A stretch of DNA of 64,000 nucleotides from Bacteroides sp. (GTDB lineage Bacteria; Bacteroidota; Bacteroidia; Bacteroidales; Bacteroidaceae), in the NCBI GenBank assembly GCA_031554665.1, contig JAVBVA010000009.1:2911-66910 (forward strand), written 5' to 3'. This document shows, in pieces, positions 28,696 through 38,395 of the stretch. The notes under the pieces are model-generated. The model did no database searches. It was not told the DNA's origin and saw only the letters and a list, made by a program, of their open reading frames with translations. The first letter of the stretch is position 1. Each line of letters opens with the position of its first letter. Position numbers and translations under genes: made by a program.

Positions 28696-31600
28696 TTACT
28701 TCTTCGCCAGATTGTCACGAAATTCCGTCGGCGTCATGCCATACTTGGCTTTGAAGCATTTGCTGAAGTAACGTGGATCGTTGATACCTACCATGTACGA
28801 TATCTGTGTCATGTTGAACTCGCCTGTCTCGATGAGCTGGGCAGCCCGGTTGATACGCATCTCTTTGATGAATTCGATCGGGGCCAGTCCGGTCAGCGTC
28901 TTGAGCTTCTTGAAGAATACCGAACGGCTCACCGCCAGCTCGCGTACCAGCATATCGACTACCAGGTCGCCATTGTCCATGTTCTTCTCCATCAGATCGA
29001 CAAGCTTGTCCATAAACTTACGGTCGTTGACCGACATCTCCAGCGTTTGCTGCTGTTCATCGCCCGAAAGCTCTTCACCAGGTGTTTCGACAACTTCTTC
29101 CGGGAGCGACTGCAAGGAAGGCGCCGCCGCATGACTCATCAGATTGTCGCGGTAGAACTCACGCAGTTTGCGGCGTTGTGCCAACAAGTTTTCTACACGC
29201 GCTCTCAAATAGGTAGCGCTGAACGGTTTGGTGATATAGTCGTCGGCGCCATACTCCAACCCTTCGAGTTTACTTTCGATAGCCGATTTGGCCGTAAGTA
29301 ATACGATGGGGATGTGACTGGTTGTCATCTCGGCGCGTAGCTCCTTCGTCAGCTGGATACCATCTTTTTCGGGCATCATCACATCGCTGATGATGATATC
29401 GGGCAGGAAAGTCAATGCCTTGTGCCAGCCCTCCATACCATCGGCAGCTTCGACTACCCGGTACGATTGGGCAAAGATGCTACGAAGGAAGAAACGGAGC
29501 TCCTGATTATCCTCCACCAGAAGCATCACTTCTTGTTGAGGCATATCTTCATCTTCGGTCGACAGATCGGTTTCGACCGTGGTAATGTTGGTTACCGGAA
29601 GCACCACAGGCAAATGCACAGGGACTTTGTCACCCACCGGAACAGAATCTTCGACCACGTATTCCACCGTTTTGTCGTAATGTTCTTTTCCTTTCAGGAA
29701 GTCGACCTGGAAGCAACTGCCCTCGCCCAACTTACTTTCGACCGAGATAGTAGCCTTGTGCATCTCGACCAATTCCTTCACCAACGATAGCCCGATACCT
29801 GTACTGCCCTGATTGAACAGGTTCTTATCGACCAGATTCTCGAACCGTACGAAGAGCGACTTCTTGCGATTCTCGGCAATACCGATGCCCTGATCCTGTA
29901 CACCTACGGAAACAGTATCTTCGTCCTCCCGGATGAATACCGAAATCAGTTTGCCGTTCGGAGTATATTTGAAGGCATTAGACAGCAGGTTGAATACGAT
30001 CTTCTCAAACTTATCGGCATCTACCCAGAGATAGAGTTCATCTTTCTCGGTCTCGAACAGGAAGTCTATCTGATGTTCCAACGCCAGCGATTCGAAGTTG
30101 GCCATGATCTTACGGACAAACGCCACTACATCCAAACGTTGTACCTGCATCTTCATCTTCTTGTTCTGTATCTTGCGGAAGTCCAGAATCTGATTCACCA
30201 AGCGCAACATACGATTGGTATTCCGTTCCACAACTATAAGCTGTTCGCGGGCATCTTCGGGCAAGCGGGAGTTCTTCAACACATGTTCCACCGGGCCGGC
30301 AATCAGCGTAAGCGGGGTGCGCAACTCGTGTGATATATTGGTAAAGAAACGAAGTTTGATGTCCGACACTTGTTGCTCTACCGATACCTCGTGCTTCAAC
30401 CGGTAAATGGTGAAGAGTATGTAAACCGCCACCAGGATAATCAATACGATGCCCATCACATAGAGGAAGTACGCAATCGGAGTTTCCCAGAACGAAGGTA
30501 GCACCACAATACTGAGTGCACGGATATTGTCCACCCATACTCCGTCGCTATTCGTCGAGCGCACCTTGAATATGTAATCGCCCTTCGGTAGGTTAGTAAA
30601 GGTGGCGCTGCGCAATTTATCGACATACGTCCACTGATTCTCAAATCCTTCGAGCATATAAGCATACTGAATATTACCGGGACTGGTAAAATCGAGCGCT
30701 GCATATTGAATGGTAAAGATACTCTCCTTGTGCGAGAGTACCAATTCTTTGGTATCATCGAGCCCTACTTTCAGCAGTGAATTATCGTCATCGGGCATTA
30801 CATTTTTATTGGCAATCACCAGGTTGGAGAATACAATCGGAGGTACATACCGGCTTTTGCTTACCGAATCGGGATTGAAGAACAAGGAGCCGTTACTGGC
30901 GCCGAAAACAAGGTCGCCCGTCGAAGTCATGACCGAAGCCGCCTCGCTGAGACGTACCCGGAATCCGATACTCCGCTGATTGTAATTATCGAAAGTCTGC
31001 TCGGAAGGAACAAACTTACTGATCCCGTTTTCGGTAGCCAGCCAAAGGTTATGCTGATTGTCCTCGCGAATGGAAAGGATCACATCCGACGATAGCCCGT
31101 CGAGCACGGAGTACGACTTGAACTCCCCGTGTCCGTCATCGTTGATCGAAACCAACTTATTCAATCCACCACCGAAAGTACCCAAATAGAGTTCTTTGTC
31201 CTGTGTGGAGGTAATCCAATGCACATCGTTATTGCTCAGGCTCTTCGGGTCGTCAGGAATACGGGAGAAGAGATGAAATACGATATCTTCGGGTTTATTG
31301 AAATTCTCATCGAACGCCACAGCTCCGGCGGTAGTTCCTACCCACAAGCGTCCGTTATGGTCGGAAGTAATGAAACGCGAACGATAGCACAGGTTAATGG
31401 GGAATCCCTTCAGGTTGTTCCGGTGGTTGATAAAGATGGTGCGCCCGCTCTTGTCTTGCGAGATGTAGTTAATTCCATTGGCAAAGGTTGCTACCCAGAT
31501 ACGTCCATGATGATCTTCGTACACACAATAGACATTGTCATTACTCAGGCTGTACATATCCTTGTCGTCATTCCGGTAACGGGTCAGTTTATAAGTCATG

Positions 31601-33201
31601 CCCGATGTCGAAGTACGTTCGGCACGCACCAACCCATCTCCCTTGGTAGCAAACCACATCACTCCTTTGGAATCTTGTATGATGCAATATACCGCTCCCA
31701 ACATGGGAGTTCCTGTTGAAGATACCGTACCCGATTCGGTGAGATATCCCTTGAGATTTCGATGACGGTCGTACACCCGCAGTTTTCCGTCCTTTAATCC
31801 CATCCACAGGTTCTGATCTTTGTCTTCACATAGTGCGCGCACGTCATTGCCCAATGTCTCCGGTATTTCGGACACAGGTGTAAGCAGAGTGAACTGAGAA
31901 GTCCGGAAAGTGACCTTCTCTAGTCCTTTTGAGTGGGAGGATATCCACAAGTTACCTTGTTTGTCGGAGAAAGCTGAATGCAACTTATTAGAGAATCGCC
32001 AATCCTGGTTCCCCAGTTCGTTGTAGAAAGGTACAAGTTTGTTGGCTTTCCGGTCGAAATAAGAGAAGCCTCCCCCATAAGGATGCACCCAGAGATATCC
32101 GTTCACATCTTCATGGATATGGAATGCCGGACGTGAGCGGTCGGAGCTGGTGTACTCCACTTTGATCTGCTCTCTTTTGAGTATACCGGTATGCGGGTTG
32201 AAATGAGCCACTACGCCTGCTTCTTCCTGTTCGAACCATACCTCCGATGTGCGATCCACATAAGCAGAAAGAATCGGTTTGGCAGGTAAATCTTTACAAA
32301 GCGTATGCGAGTAGTGTATTTTTTCTTCCGTCACGCGGTTGTACACAAAAAAGCCGTCGGTCGATGTGGTGATCACCACTTTATCGGGGGACACCGTATT
32401 GATAGACACGATTGACGCCGAGGTCGGAAGTTCGAGTAAGTGAAACTGCCCGTCCTTCTTGGAGTACCGCCACACACGTCCCCGCTCGGAACCGAAGCAA
32501 ATCTCATCAGCATGTTCCTGCACAGCATAAAAAGCCTGACGGTCGGCCCGCTGGTCTTTGGTTTCCACAAAATAGCTGACAGGGGTTTTCTCTCCCGGTC
32601 GAATCATCCCCAATCCATTGTCGGTCAGGATCCATTCATTACCCTCCAGATCCTGGTGAGCCTTGAATACATGTACAGCCGGAAACAGTCCTGTTTTGAT
32701 GGAATATACGGATGTCGACAGTTTCAGAGTTTTAGGATTGGTCGTTACCCGGATAGCCCCGTCATTATCGGTCAGCAACCACACGCTGCCATTAGGTAGT
32801 GGACGTATTCCATTGATATTGTATGTACTTCCATCCTCTCCGGCTGCCGGTACCTGCTCAAAGGTCTCCTTTCGCGGATCGAAACGATGCGCCCGGTTAT
32901 CGTATGTCTGCAGCCACAGACAATCATTTACGTCTTCGTAAAGGCGGTCTACACGGTTATTGGTCAGGCTGATATAGCTTCCCTGCCGCGCCTTATATAC
33001 CATAAATGAATAACCGTTGAACCGGTTAATACCATCCCACGTGGCAAACCACAGATTGCCTTTATGGTCTTGCAACATACTCATCACTGTAGTTTGCGAC
33101 AAGCCATCTTCTGTGGAATAATGGGTGAAAGAGCAATTCTTCTGGGCGTTCACCGTCAAGCCAAGGGCTAGAAATAAGGCAATGTATATTATTCTCTTCA
33201 T
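28696..33201 (-). CDS. Hybrid two-component system (beta-propeller sensor, Y_Y_Y, HisKA, HATPase, receiver, AraC HTH)
   Basis: Reg_prop-type repeats, FFTNISHELRTPL H-box, STGIGL G2 box, DIIISDVMMP receiver, INDPRYFSKCFK AraC HTH. Confidence 0.96.
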   Translation of the reverse strand: MKRIIYIALFLALGLTVNAQKNCSFTHYSTEDGLSQTTVMSMLQDHKGNLWFATWDGINRFNGYSFMVYKARQGSYISLTNNRVDRLYEDVNDCLWLQTYDNRAHRFDPRKETFEQVPAAGEDGSTYNINGIRPLPNGSVWLLTDNDGAIRVTTNPKTLKLSTSVYSIKTGLFPAVHVFKAHQDLEGNEWILTDNGLGMIRPGEKTPVSYFVETKDQRADRQAFYAVQEHADEICFGSERGRVWRYSKKDGQFHLLELPTSASIVSINTVSPDKVVITTSTDGFFVYNRVTEEKIHYSHTLCKDLPAKPILSAYVDRTSEVWFEQEEAGVVAHFNPHTGILKREQIKVEYTSSDRSRPAFHIHEDVNGYLWVHPYGGGFSYFDRKANKLVPFYNELGNQDWRFSNKLHSAFSDKQGNLWISSHSKGLEKVTFRTSQFTLLTPVSEIPETLGNDVRALCEDKDQNLWMGLKDGKLRVYDRHRNLKGYLTESGTVSSTGTPMLGAVYCIIQDSKGVMWFATKGDGLVRAERTSTSGMTYKLTRYRNDDKDMYSLSNDNVYCVYEDHHGRIWVATFANGINYISQDKSGRTIFINHRNNLKGFPINLCYRSRFITSDHNGRLWVGTTAGAVAFDENFNKPEDIVFHLFSRIPDDPKSLSNNDVHWITSTQDKELYLGTFGGGLNKLVSINDDGHGEFKSYSVLDGLSSDVILSIREDNQHNLWLATENGISKFVPSEQTFDNYNQRSIGFRVRLSEAASVMTSTGDLVFGASNGSLFFNPDSVSKSRYVPPIVFSNLVIANKNVMPDDDNSLLKVGLDDTKELVLSHKESIFTIQYAALDFTSPGNIQYAYMLEGFENQWTYVDKLRSATFTNLPKGDYIFKVRSTNSDGVWVDNIRALSIVVLPSFWETPIAYFLYVMGIVLIILVAVYILFTIYRLKHEVSVEQQVSDIKLRFFTNISHELRTPLTLIAGPVEHVLKNSRLPEDAREQLIVVERNTNRMLRLVNQILDFRKIQNKKMKMQVQRLDVVAFVRKIMANFESLALEHQIDFLFETEKDELYLWVDADKFEKIVFNLLSNAFKYTPNGKLISVFIREDEDTVSVGVQDQGIGIAENRKKSLFVRFENLVDKNLFNQGSTGIGLSLVKELVEMHKATISVESKLGEGSCFQVDFLKGKEHYDKTVEYVVEDSVPVGDKVPVHLPVVLPVTNITTVETDLSTEDEDMPQQEVMLLVEDNQELRFFLRSIFAQSYRVVEAADGMEGWHKALTFLPDIIISDVMMPEKDGIQLTKELRAEMTTSHIPIVLLTAKSAIESKLEGLEYGADDYITKPFSATYLRARVENLLAQRRKLREFYRDNLMSHAAAPSLQSLPEEVVETPGEELSGDEQQQTLEMSVNDRKFMDKLVDLMEKNMDNGDLVVDMLVRELAVSRSVFFKKLKTLTGLAPIEFIKEMRINRAAQLIETGEFNMTQISYMVGINDPRYFSKCFKAKYGMTPTEFRDNLAKK

Positions 33202-33288
33202 GCGTGTTTTTGAAAATCAGTGTCACAAAGATAAGAATTAAACTGAATTTCCTCGCATATAATATGTAAACATAATATTTAACCTGAA

Positions 33289-33813
33289 TTATTCTTTTCC
33301 TACCACTTCCCTACCATCTTTGGAAAGGATGAACGTGTCTGTCCGCTCCTGGCGGGTATTCTTGCCGGGCATGACGAGACTGTACCTACATTTAGCCTTG
33401 ACTGCCAACACCTGCTCCGGGGGAAGGCCGTAATTAACCACATCTTCCACCTTCCGGTTTTTAATCGCATCTATGCGCTGGTTGATATAGACTATGTTTT
33501 CGTTGTATCGGTCTATCTCCTTTGATTCCGGGTCGTCGGAAATAACCCCCAGCCAGTATTGGAGGCTTTTCGTTTCGCTCTCGATGGCTGCCGCCCGCTC
33601 CGTTTCAAACTCGGCACGGATGATTTTCAGGCTGTCCGCCACCGTTACCTCGGAAGTTTCCAGCGATACTATTTCAAACTTCAAATCCGTCCATGTGCCC
33701 CATCGGTCGGTCTGCACATACTCGGCAATTGCTTTTTCATACAAACTCGCCGGGTTGGTCGAACAGGCCGCGGGTGTTAAAATAAATCCTGCCATAACTC
33801 CTAATCCTTTCAT
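33289..33813 (-). CDS. Hypothetical lipoprotein
   Basis: Short N-terminal hydrophobic stretch with PAAC lipobox; coding-like composition. Start ATG 33813. Confidence 0.65.
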   Translation of the reverse strand: MKGLGVMAGFILTPAACSTNPASLYEKAIAEYVQTDRWGTWTDLKFEIVSLETSEVTVADSLKIIRAEFETERAAAIESETKSLQYWLGVISDDPESKEIDRYNENIVYINQRIDAIKNRKVEDVVNYGLPPEQVLAVKAKCRYSLVMPGKNTRQERTDTFILSKDGREVVGKE

Positions 33814-34533
33814 ATACAATTAGTTTATATGTTGAGTTTTACTATCCATTGAATGTCCTATATAGCAAAGTGCTATATTCGTCAAACGTCGGTAGAACAG
33901 GATGCCGGGCGAATGGAAGATTGCCCTGATAAAATGGCACGAAGACAGGCAGAACGCTTTCCGACTGCCGGTTCTGCCATCGATAATACTACAGGACACA
34001 TAATACAAGTAATAATTTCATAGTTGATCCCATATCGCACCAGCATCCTGATTCAGCAATAAACAGCCAAGGTTGGGGCTAAATTAAGGTTAGCTCCTTG
34101 CCTGCCATCTGTCCGCACTCCTTATGTAGGCGTGTGCGAGCAGACGGCGACTATTATCTTGATAACAAGAATCAGAATACACAGGCAGCAGGCAAGTATC
34201 ATTGCCCATACACTGATGAAATTCCAATTCAGATGTAAGTGTTTCTTTTTGTCCATTTTCTATTCTTTTATTACTACTTTATTCTTAACTATTTTTGTCG
34301 TTTCGCTATTTTTCTTCTCACAACCTTTTTATCAAATGCGGTCAGCCGGTTTGTCCCAACGGGGCTTTCCCTGTATGAAGAGAGAGCGCTGGGGTGGGGT
34401 GGCATATCAATTTATACTTAGTATTCCTATTTGTTGAAACGAATACAGCAGCCTCCATTCCTTGATTGTTATAACTTAATCTCTGTATATACCATCCCAT
34501 TTAATCGAATCCTGAAACGTGCTGGATGATACC

Positions 34534-34549
34534 CCCGCCCGAAGGCGGG
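34534..34549 (-). terminator. cUUCGg tetraloop hairpin 47 nt downstream of the tip-pilin stop
   Basis: The minus strand reads cccgcc-TTCG-ggcggg. There is no clear U-tract, so it may be a stabiliser or processing signal. Confidence 0.45.
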
Positions 34550-34596
34550 ATTGAAGCCTACCGTGTTATTTACTGTCATTTTAATTCAGATATAAT

Positions 34597-37161
34597 TTAT
34601 TCTAACAGTTTTACACACCGCACATTAGCAGCGCCAACGTTACCACCACCAGCGCCTTGCCCATCATAGCGTAAGTCATAATACCAATAAGCTAATCCTG
34701 CCGTACCATTTAATAGAGTTTGGTAATAAACGCGCTGACGTCCGAACGGTAAATTGTCCTGAGAATGTGAGTAGTATGGGCCTGAATTTGACCAATGGTT
34801 TCCAAAAGTTTGCCCACTCGCTGCCACCATTGCTGAATGCATGGCAGTAGCAGGTAAACTCCATCCGGATGGGCACGGATTTGGTGGAGTATTCACGTAA
34901 ACGCCTCCCCATCTTAAGCCGACGGCGTTATCGCTGGTATTCATTAGATAATAGTGGCCACCGTACTCGAAAACATATCCGAATTGACCGTTAATATCTA
35001 CCGACAGTGTTTCAAAATATGTATGATTCAGTGGCTTAAAAATTATTGTCGATTTTCCCGAGATTGTTGATGCGTTTCCGTTTATCATCCTGAAAGAGAC
35101 CGGTTCACCATTGATCGGGTCGCCCATCCCAGACAATACAGTCAGACCACCTTCGTCAATGGCCGTCCCTCCCGCTTCGATTTCAGCCATCCAGGGCGCA
35201 TTTGCATAAACCTTGATAGTTTGTAACTCTCCCATTAACTGATAAGCTGGAGAGGCTGTTACAACTATTGCATAATTTTTTTGCCTCAGTATGATCGTCT
35301 TCATTAGTAATCCGCCTTCTCCATTCTCTGCCGTGACCTCCAGGCGTGAGACCTTTTCGAGGAAACGGTTGCCGGTGACGGGATCCACTTCATTTGCAGT
35401 GAAATCCGCGGGCGTAACCGTAAAATTATGACTATTCCCGGCCAATGTTTGGGGAGCGGAAGTTGGCAGCCCGGAGAGTCCCTGCAAGCCTCCGTTCTGA
35501 ACCGGCCTAATGTAGTAGTTGGCCGAGTTGGCATACCAGTTCAGTACAAACTGTTGTGGTACTATTGGATCGAGGGCATATAAACCGCTGGGGAATACGA
35601 TCTCTTCTACGTTCGGTAAAATATATAATGCAAACTGGGTTTTCAAGGTTTGTGTAACCTTTACTTTATATATCAATCGTCCGGAGGCGATATGAATATA
35701 CGCTGTTCTTTCCGTCAATCCGGTGTTGGCATCCATTGATAATATGACGGTGGTTCTACCCGCCGATGCTGAAGTGGAGGACACACGCAGCCACGGGTTT
35801 CCTGTGGTTTGGTCGTTAGACAGAGCTACAGTTCCGGCCTGATCGTTCCAGATTGTTGCTTGCCAGCCGGTCGGAACGTCGGTCTCAACAAACAGTGTGT
35901 TATCGTTGCTCGAAGCATTGCGAGATTCGCGAGTAAATTCAAATTCGCCTTTGCTGACGGATAGATAGTATTGCCCGTCGAAGACAATCTCTCCCATATC
36001 GGTTTCGTCCCATTCGTAGATATCGACCGCCATATTCATAGCTTGGGAGTTGTAGGCAGTTTCGGGGTCGGGATAGCCTCCGCCTGTTACTTTCGAGATG
36101 TTGAACTGATAGAGATGGTTTCGGAGGACATTTACAAGCGACTTGTTTACGGCGAAGTCAAGGCGGTAAAATGTTTCTGTCGTGCTGCCATTGAAGTATC
36201 CGCCCACAACTAACGCCATACGGTTGGTGTGGTTTTCATCGCCCAGTGTGCCCGCACCACCCATCACAATATTCGCTTCAGGAACATAAATATCGCGCGA
36301 GGTGTAGCCGCCCGTTGCGCTTGCGGTAGCGGCAAATCCGAAATTGGTTTCGGATGCGGCCAACGAAAAGGCGGTGGTACCCGCCGGGACAGTCGGTTCA
36401 CCCACCGCTTTGGAGGCATCAGGCGCTACGGCATAGCGGTTATTGGGCTTCATGACATAAACGTGCGCCAATTCGAAGGGGATAGTCGCACTGGCGGCAT
36501 CCTTGCCGTCCCAAGTCCAGGCATCGGTGCTGCTGCTTTTCGTCGGGCGCCCCACACCCACGTCGATACGCGCCACCGAGCGCGTGAGTTGCAGCGTGCG
36601 GTTGGTGGTACCCGGCTCAATCACTACCTGCCCGCTTTCGCCCCACATCGGGATTGTTCCGCCGGAGGAGTACATTGGCCCGCTAAGTTGTCCCTGTATG
36701 GAAGTCATCACTATCGTGTAGCTTTTATTGCTTATCTGCGACACATCGAAACCAATCGTATTGGTGAGAATAGTCTGTGCATTCGCCAACACGACGAGGT
36801 TGTAGGTGTCCACCGTAGTTTTACTCGCTTCGAGCGTAACGCTGAACGATCCCTCGCCACTGTAGGCGGGGTTGGTATGGCCCGAACTGCTTGTTACGTT
36901 CGCTCCCTGCTCGATAGCAACGAGCGTATTCGTTTTGTCGAACACAAGCACGAAAATATCATTGATGGTATTCTCTTGCTCATACGTCAGCGCACGGTTT
37001 TTTACCTGCGAGAAACCATCAGGCGTTTTAAGCCGCAGAACCACCTGGGCAGCGCCCTGTTTTATGGGCATACCGCCGTCATCTATATCTTTATCCGCGA
37101 TACACGAAAAGGTGATAAGTGAAACTGCCGCAAGAATAAGTGCGGGAAAAATCTTCTTCAT
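34597..37161 (-). CDS. Type V pilus minor/tip subunit (pilin domain, BACON-like domain, C-terminal CLec-like domain)
   Basis: Lipobox TFSC; NR-A processing site; TRSVARIDV pilin motif; internal donor-strand-like MAVDIYEWD; BACON-like W..V....SAG.TTV.LSMDANTG..ERTAYI; C-terminal NPCPSGWSLP...VRCVK. Confidence 0.78.
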   Translation of the reverse strand: MKKIFPALILAAVSLITFSCIADKDIDDGGMPIKQGAAQVVLRLKTPDGFSQVKNRALTYEQENTINDIFVLVFDKTNTLVAIEQGANVTSSSGHTNPAYSGEGSFSVTLEASKTTVDTYNLVVLANAQTILTNTIGFDVSQISNKSYTIVMTSIQGQLSGPMYSSGGTIPMWGESGQVVIEPGTTNRTLQLTRSVARIDVGVGRPTKSSSTDAWTWDGKDAASATIPFELAHVYVMKPNNRYAVAPDASKAVGEPTVPAGTTAFSLAASETNFGFAATASATGGYTSRDIYVPEANIVMGGAGTLGDENHTNRMALVVGGYFNGSTTETFYRLDFAVNKSLVNVLRNHLYQFNISKVTGGGYPDPETAYNSQAMNMAVDIYEWDETDMGEIVFDGQYYLSVSKGEFEFTRESRNASSNDNTLFVETDVPTGWQATIWNDQAGTVALSNDQTTGNPWLRVSSTSASAGRTTVILSMDANTGLTERTAYIHIASGRLIYKVKVTQTLKTQFALYILPNVEEIVFPSGLYALDPIVPQQFVLNWYANSANYYIRPVQNGGLQGLSGLPTSAPQTLAGNSHNFTVTPADFTANEVDPVTGNRFLEKVSRLEVTAENGEGGLLMKTIILRQKNYAIVVTASPAYQLMGELQTIKVYANAPWMAEIEAGGTAIDEGGLTVLSGMGDPINGEPVSFRMINGNASTISGKSTIIFKPLNHTYFETLSVDINGQFGYVFEYGGHYYLMNTSDNAVGLRWGGVYVNTPPNPCPSGWSLPATAMHSAMVAASGQTFGNHWSNSGPYYSHSQDNLPFGRQRVYYQTLLNGTAGLAYWYYDLRYDGQGAGGGNVGAANVRCVKLLE

Positions 37162-37196
37162 ATAGCTGTTTTTTTATTATTTCCATTTTTCAAAAC

Positions 37197-38240
37197 CTAA
37201 TTGCGCCCGATATCAGGTGTGGTATCGGCAATCTCGAAGCCGTTCACGGTGACTTTTATCCTCAGATCGTGCAGGATAGAGATTTCGATCGGAAACTCGT
37301 CCTCGCAGTCGATTTCCTCCTGCGTCTGCCAAAGAAGGTTACCCTGCGCATTACGCGCCTGCCGGATTGTTCCGATAACGTCGAGCGGAAGGATCATATC
37401 CTGTCCCGTCGCCGGGCTTTGCAGGAAGAGCAGCACAGGATTGGAGGCGAGATAGGCTATATCGAGCCGTTGAACCTTTATATCTACATCCATAGCCGTC
37501 GCGGTAAGCGTTTTATACGGCGGCTCATAACGCATCTGGCGGGCGTTTCCGCAGATGGCATTGTTCCAGCCGTAGCGCTCGTTTTTACCAACTGCAAACA
37601 CGTTGAGCGGTGCGGCTCCCGTGCCGGGCGTGAAGGGCGGCAGGTATTCGAGGCCCGTAATATGGACTTTCAGCGTGCTTGTATTTTTAAGAAAATCAAA
37701 ATCTACCGTCCGGCTCGTTCCCATGGCGACCTCGATACCGGATGCCATAGCAAAGAATAGGTGGTCGAACTGTGCTGTTTGCGGTGTGACCTGTCCGATG
37801 GAGCCATTCGGCAACGGTTCGGAACCGAGCATCATGCGGAAGTTATCGAGTGTAGTAACGCCGACCCTCGCCTGCGGAATGTAAGTGTGTGTGCCGGCAT
37901 TGGACATTTCGGCGGCCACATAGCCCCCCTGCAACAAATCAGTGCCACTTCCGGCCCATGCAACAGCGGTATAAACCCCGGCGGGAATGTCCGGTTCGAT
38001 CCACCCCAGGACGATATCGGCCTGATCCACGCGGATAATATTGGCCAGCTTGTTTGTCGTTTGGTCGAACAGGTAAATGCGGATATCCTGTACCTGTACG
38101 GCCAGTTGATCCTGCCGCTGGTTATTGTAAGTGTAGCTGAACTGGAACCGGAGTTTCGGCTCACAGTCGCTTTGATCTTCCTTAATGCAACCGGCCATCG
38201 TGCAGGCCAGCAGGGATAAAATGACGATTCTTTTGAACAT
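37197..38240 (-). CDS. FimB/Mfa2-family pilus anchor lipoprotein
   Basis: Lipobox MAGC-IKEDQSDC, LRFQFSYTYN, DIRIYLFD motifs. Start moved to ATG 38240. Confidence 0.82.
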   Translation of the reverse strand: MFKRIVILSLLACTMAGCIKEDQSDCEPKLRFQFSYTYNNQRQDQLAVQVQDIRIYLFDQTTNKLANIIRVDQADIVLGWIEPDIPAGVYTAVAWAGSGTDLLQGGYVAAEMSNAGTHTYIPQARVGVTTLDNFRMMLGSEPLPNGSIGQVTPQTAQFDHLFFAMASGIEVAMGTSRTVDFDFLKNTSTLKVHITGLEYLPPFTPGTGAAPLNVFAVGKNERYGWNNAICGNARQMRYEPPYKTLTATAMDVDIKVQRLDIAYLASNPVLLFLQSPATGQDMILPLDVIGTIRQARNAQGNLLWQTQEEIDCEDEFPIEISILHDLRIKVTVNGFEIADTTPDIGRN

Positions 38241-38354
38241 ATTCGATTGTTTATGTTTTTGAACGGTTGCGTTTCTTTTGTACCGTCCTGTTGCGCCATT
38301 CCCGCCGCAAAGCGGGCACACGTCGTGCGCCGGATACCCGGAAAGGCAATTTGT

Positions 38355-38383
38355 AACCGGCAGGAGTGTCCCCCCTGCCGGTT
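38355..38383 (-). terminator. Intra-operon hairpin after the major pilin gene
   Basis: aaccggcagg / cctgccggtt 10-bp stem, 12 nt past the stop. Confidence 0.65.
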
Positions 38384-38395
38384 TTAGTAGTAAGT

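Noticed and set aside
27020-34113. Shared ctgccatctg(c/t)c motif between the 27.0-kb and 34.1-kb non-coding segments
   Set aside because: The match is only about 11 nt and the flanks do not align; treated as chance.
34132-34437. 101-aa plus-strand ORF and nearby 60-aa ORF in the pilus spacer
   Set aside because: Low-complexity Phe-rich translation of T-rich DNA, with no promoter or family motif.
33820-34596. DGR template repeat or reverse transcriptase next to the tip pilin
   Set aside because: By eye there is no near-copy of the pilin 3' end here or elsewhere in intergenic DNA, and no RT motif in any listed ORF.
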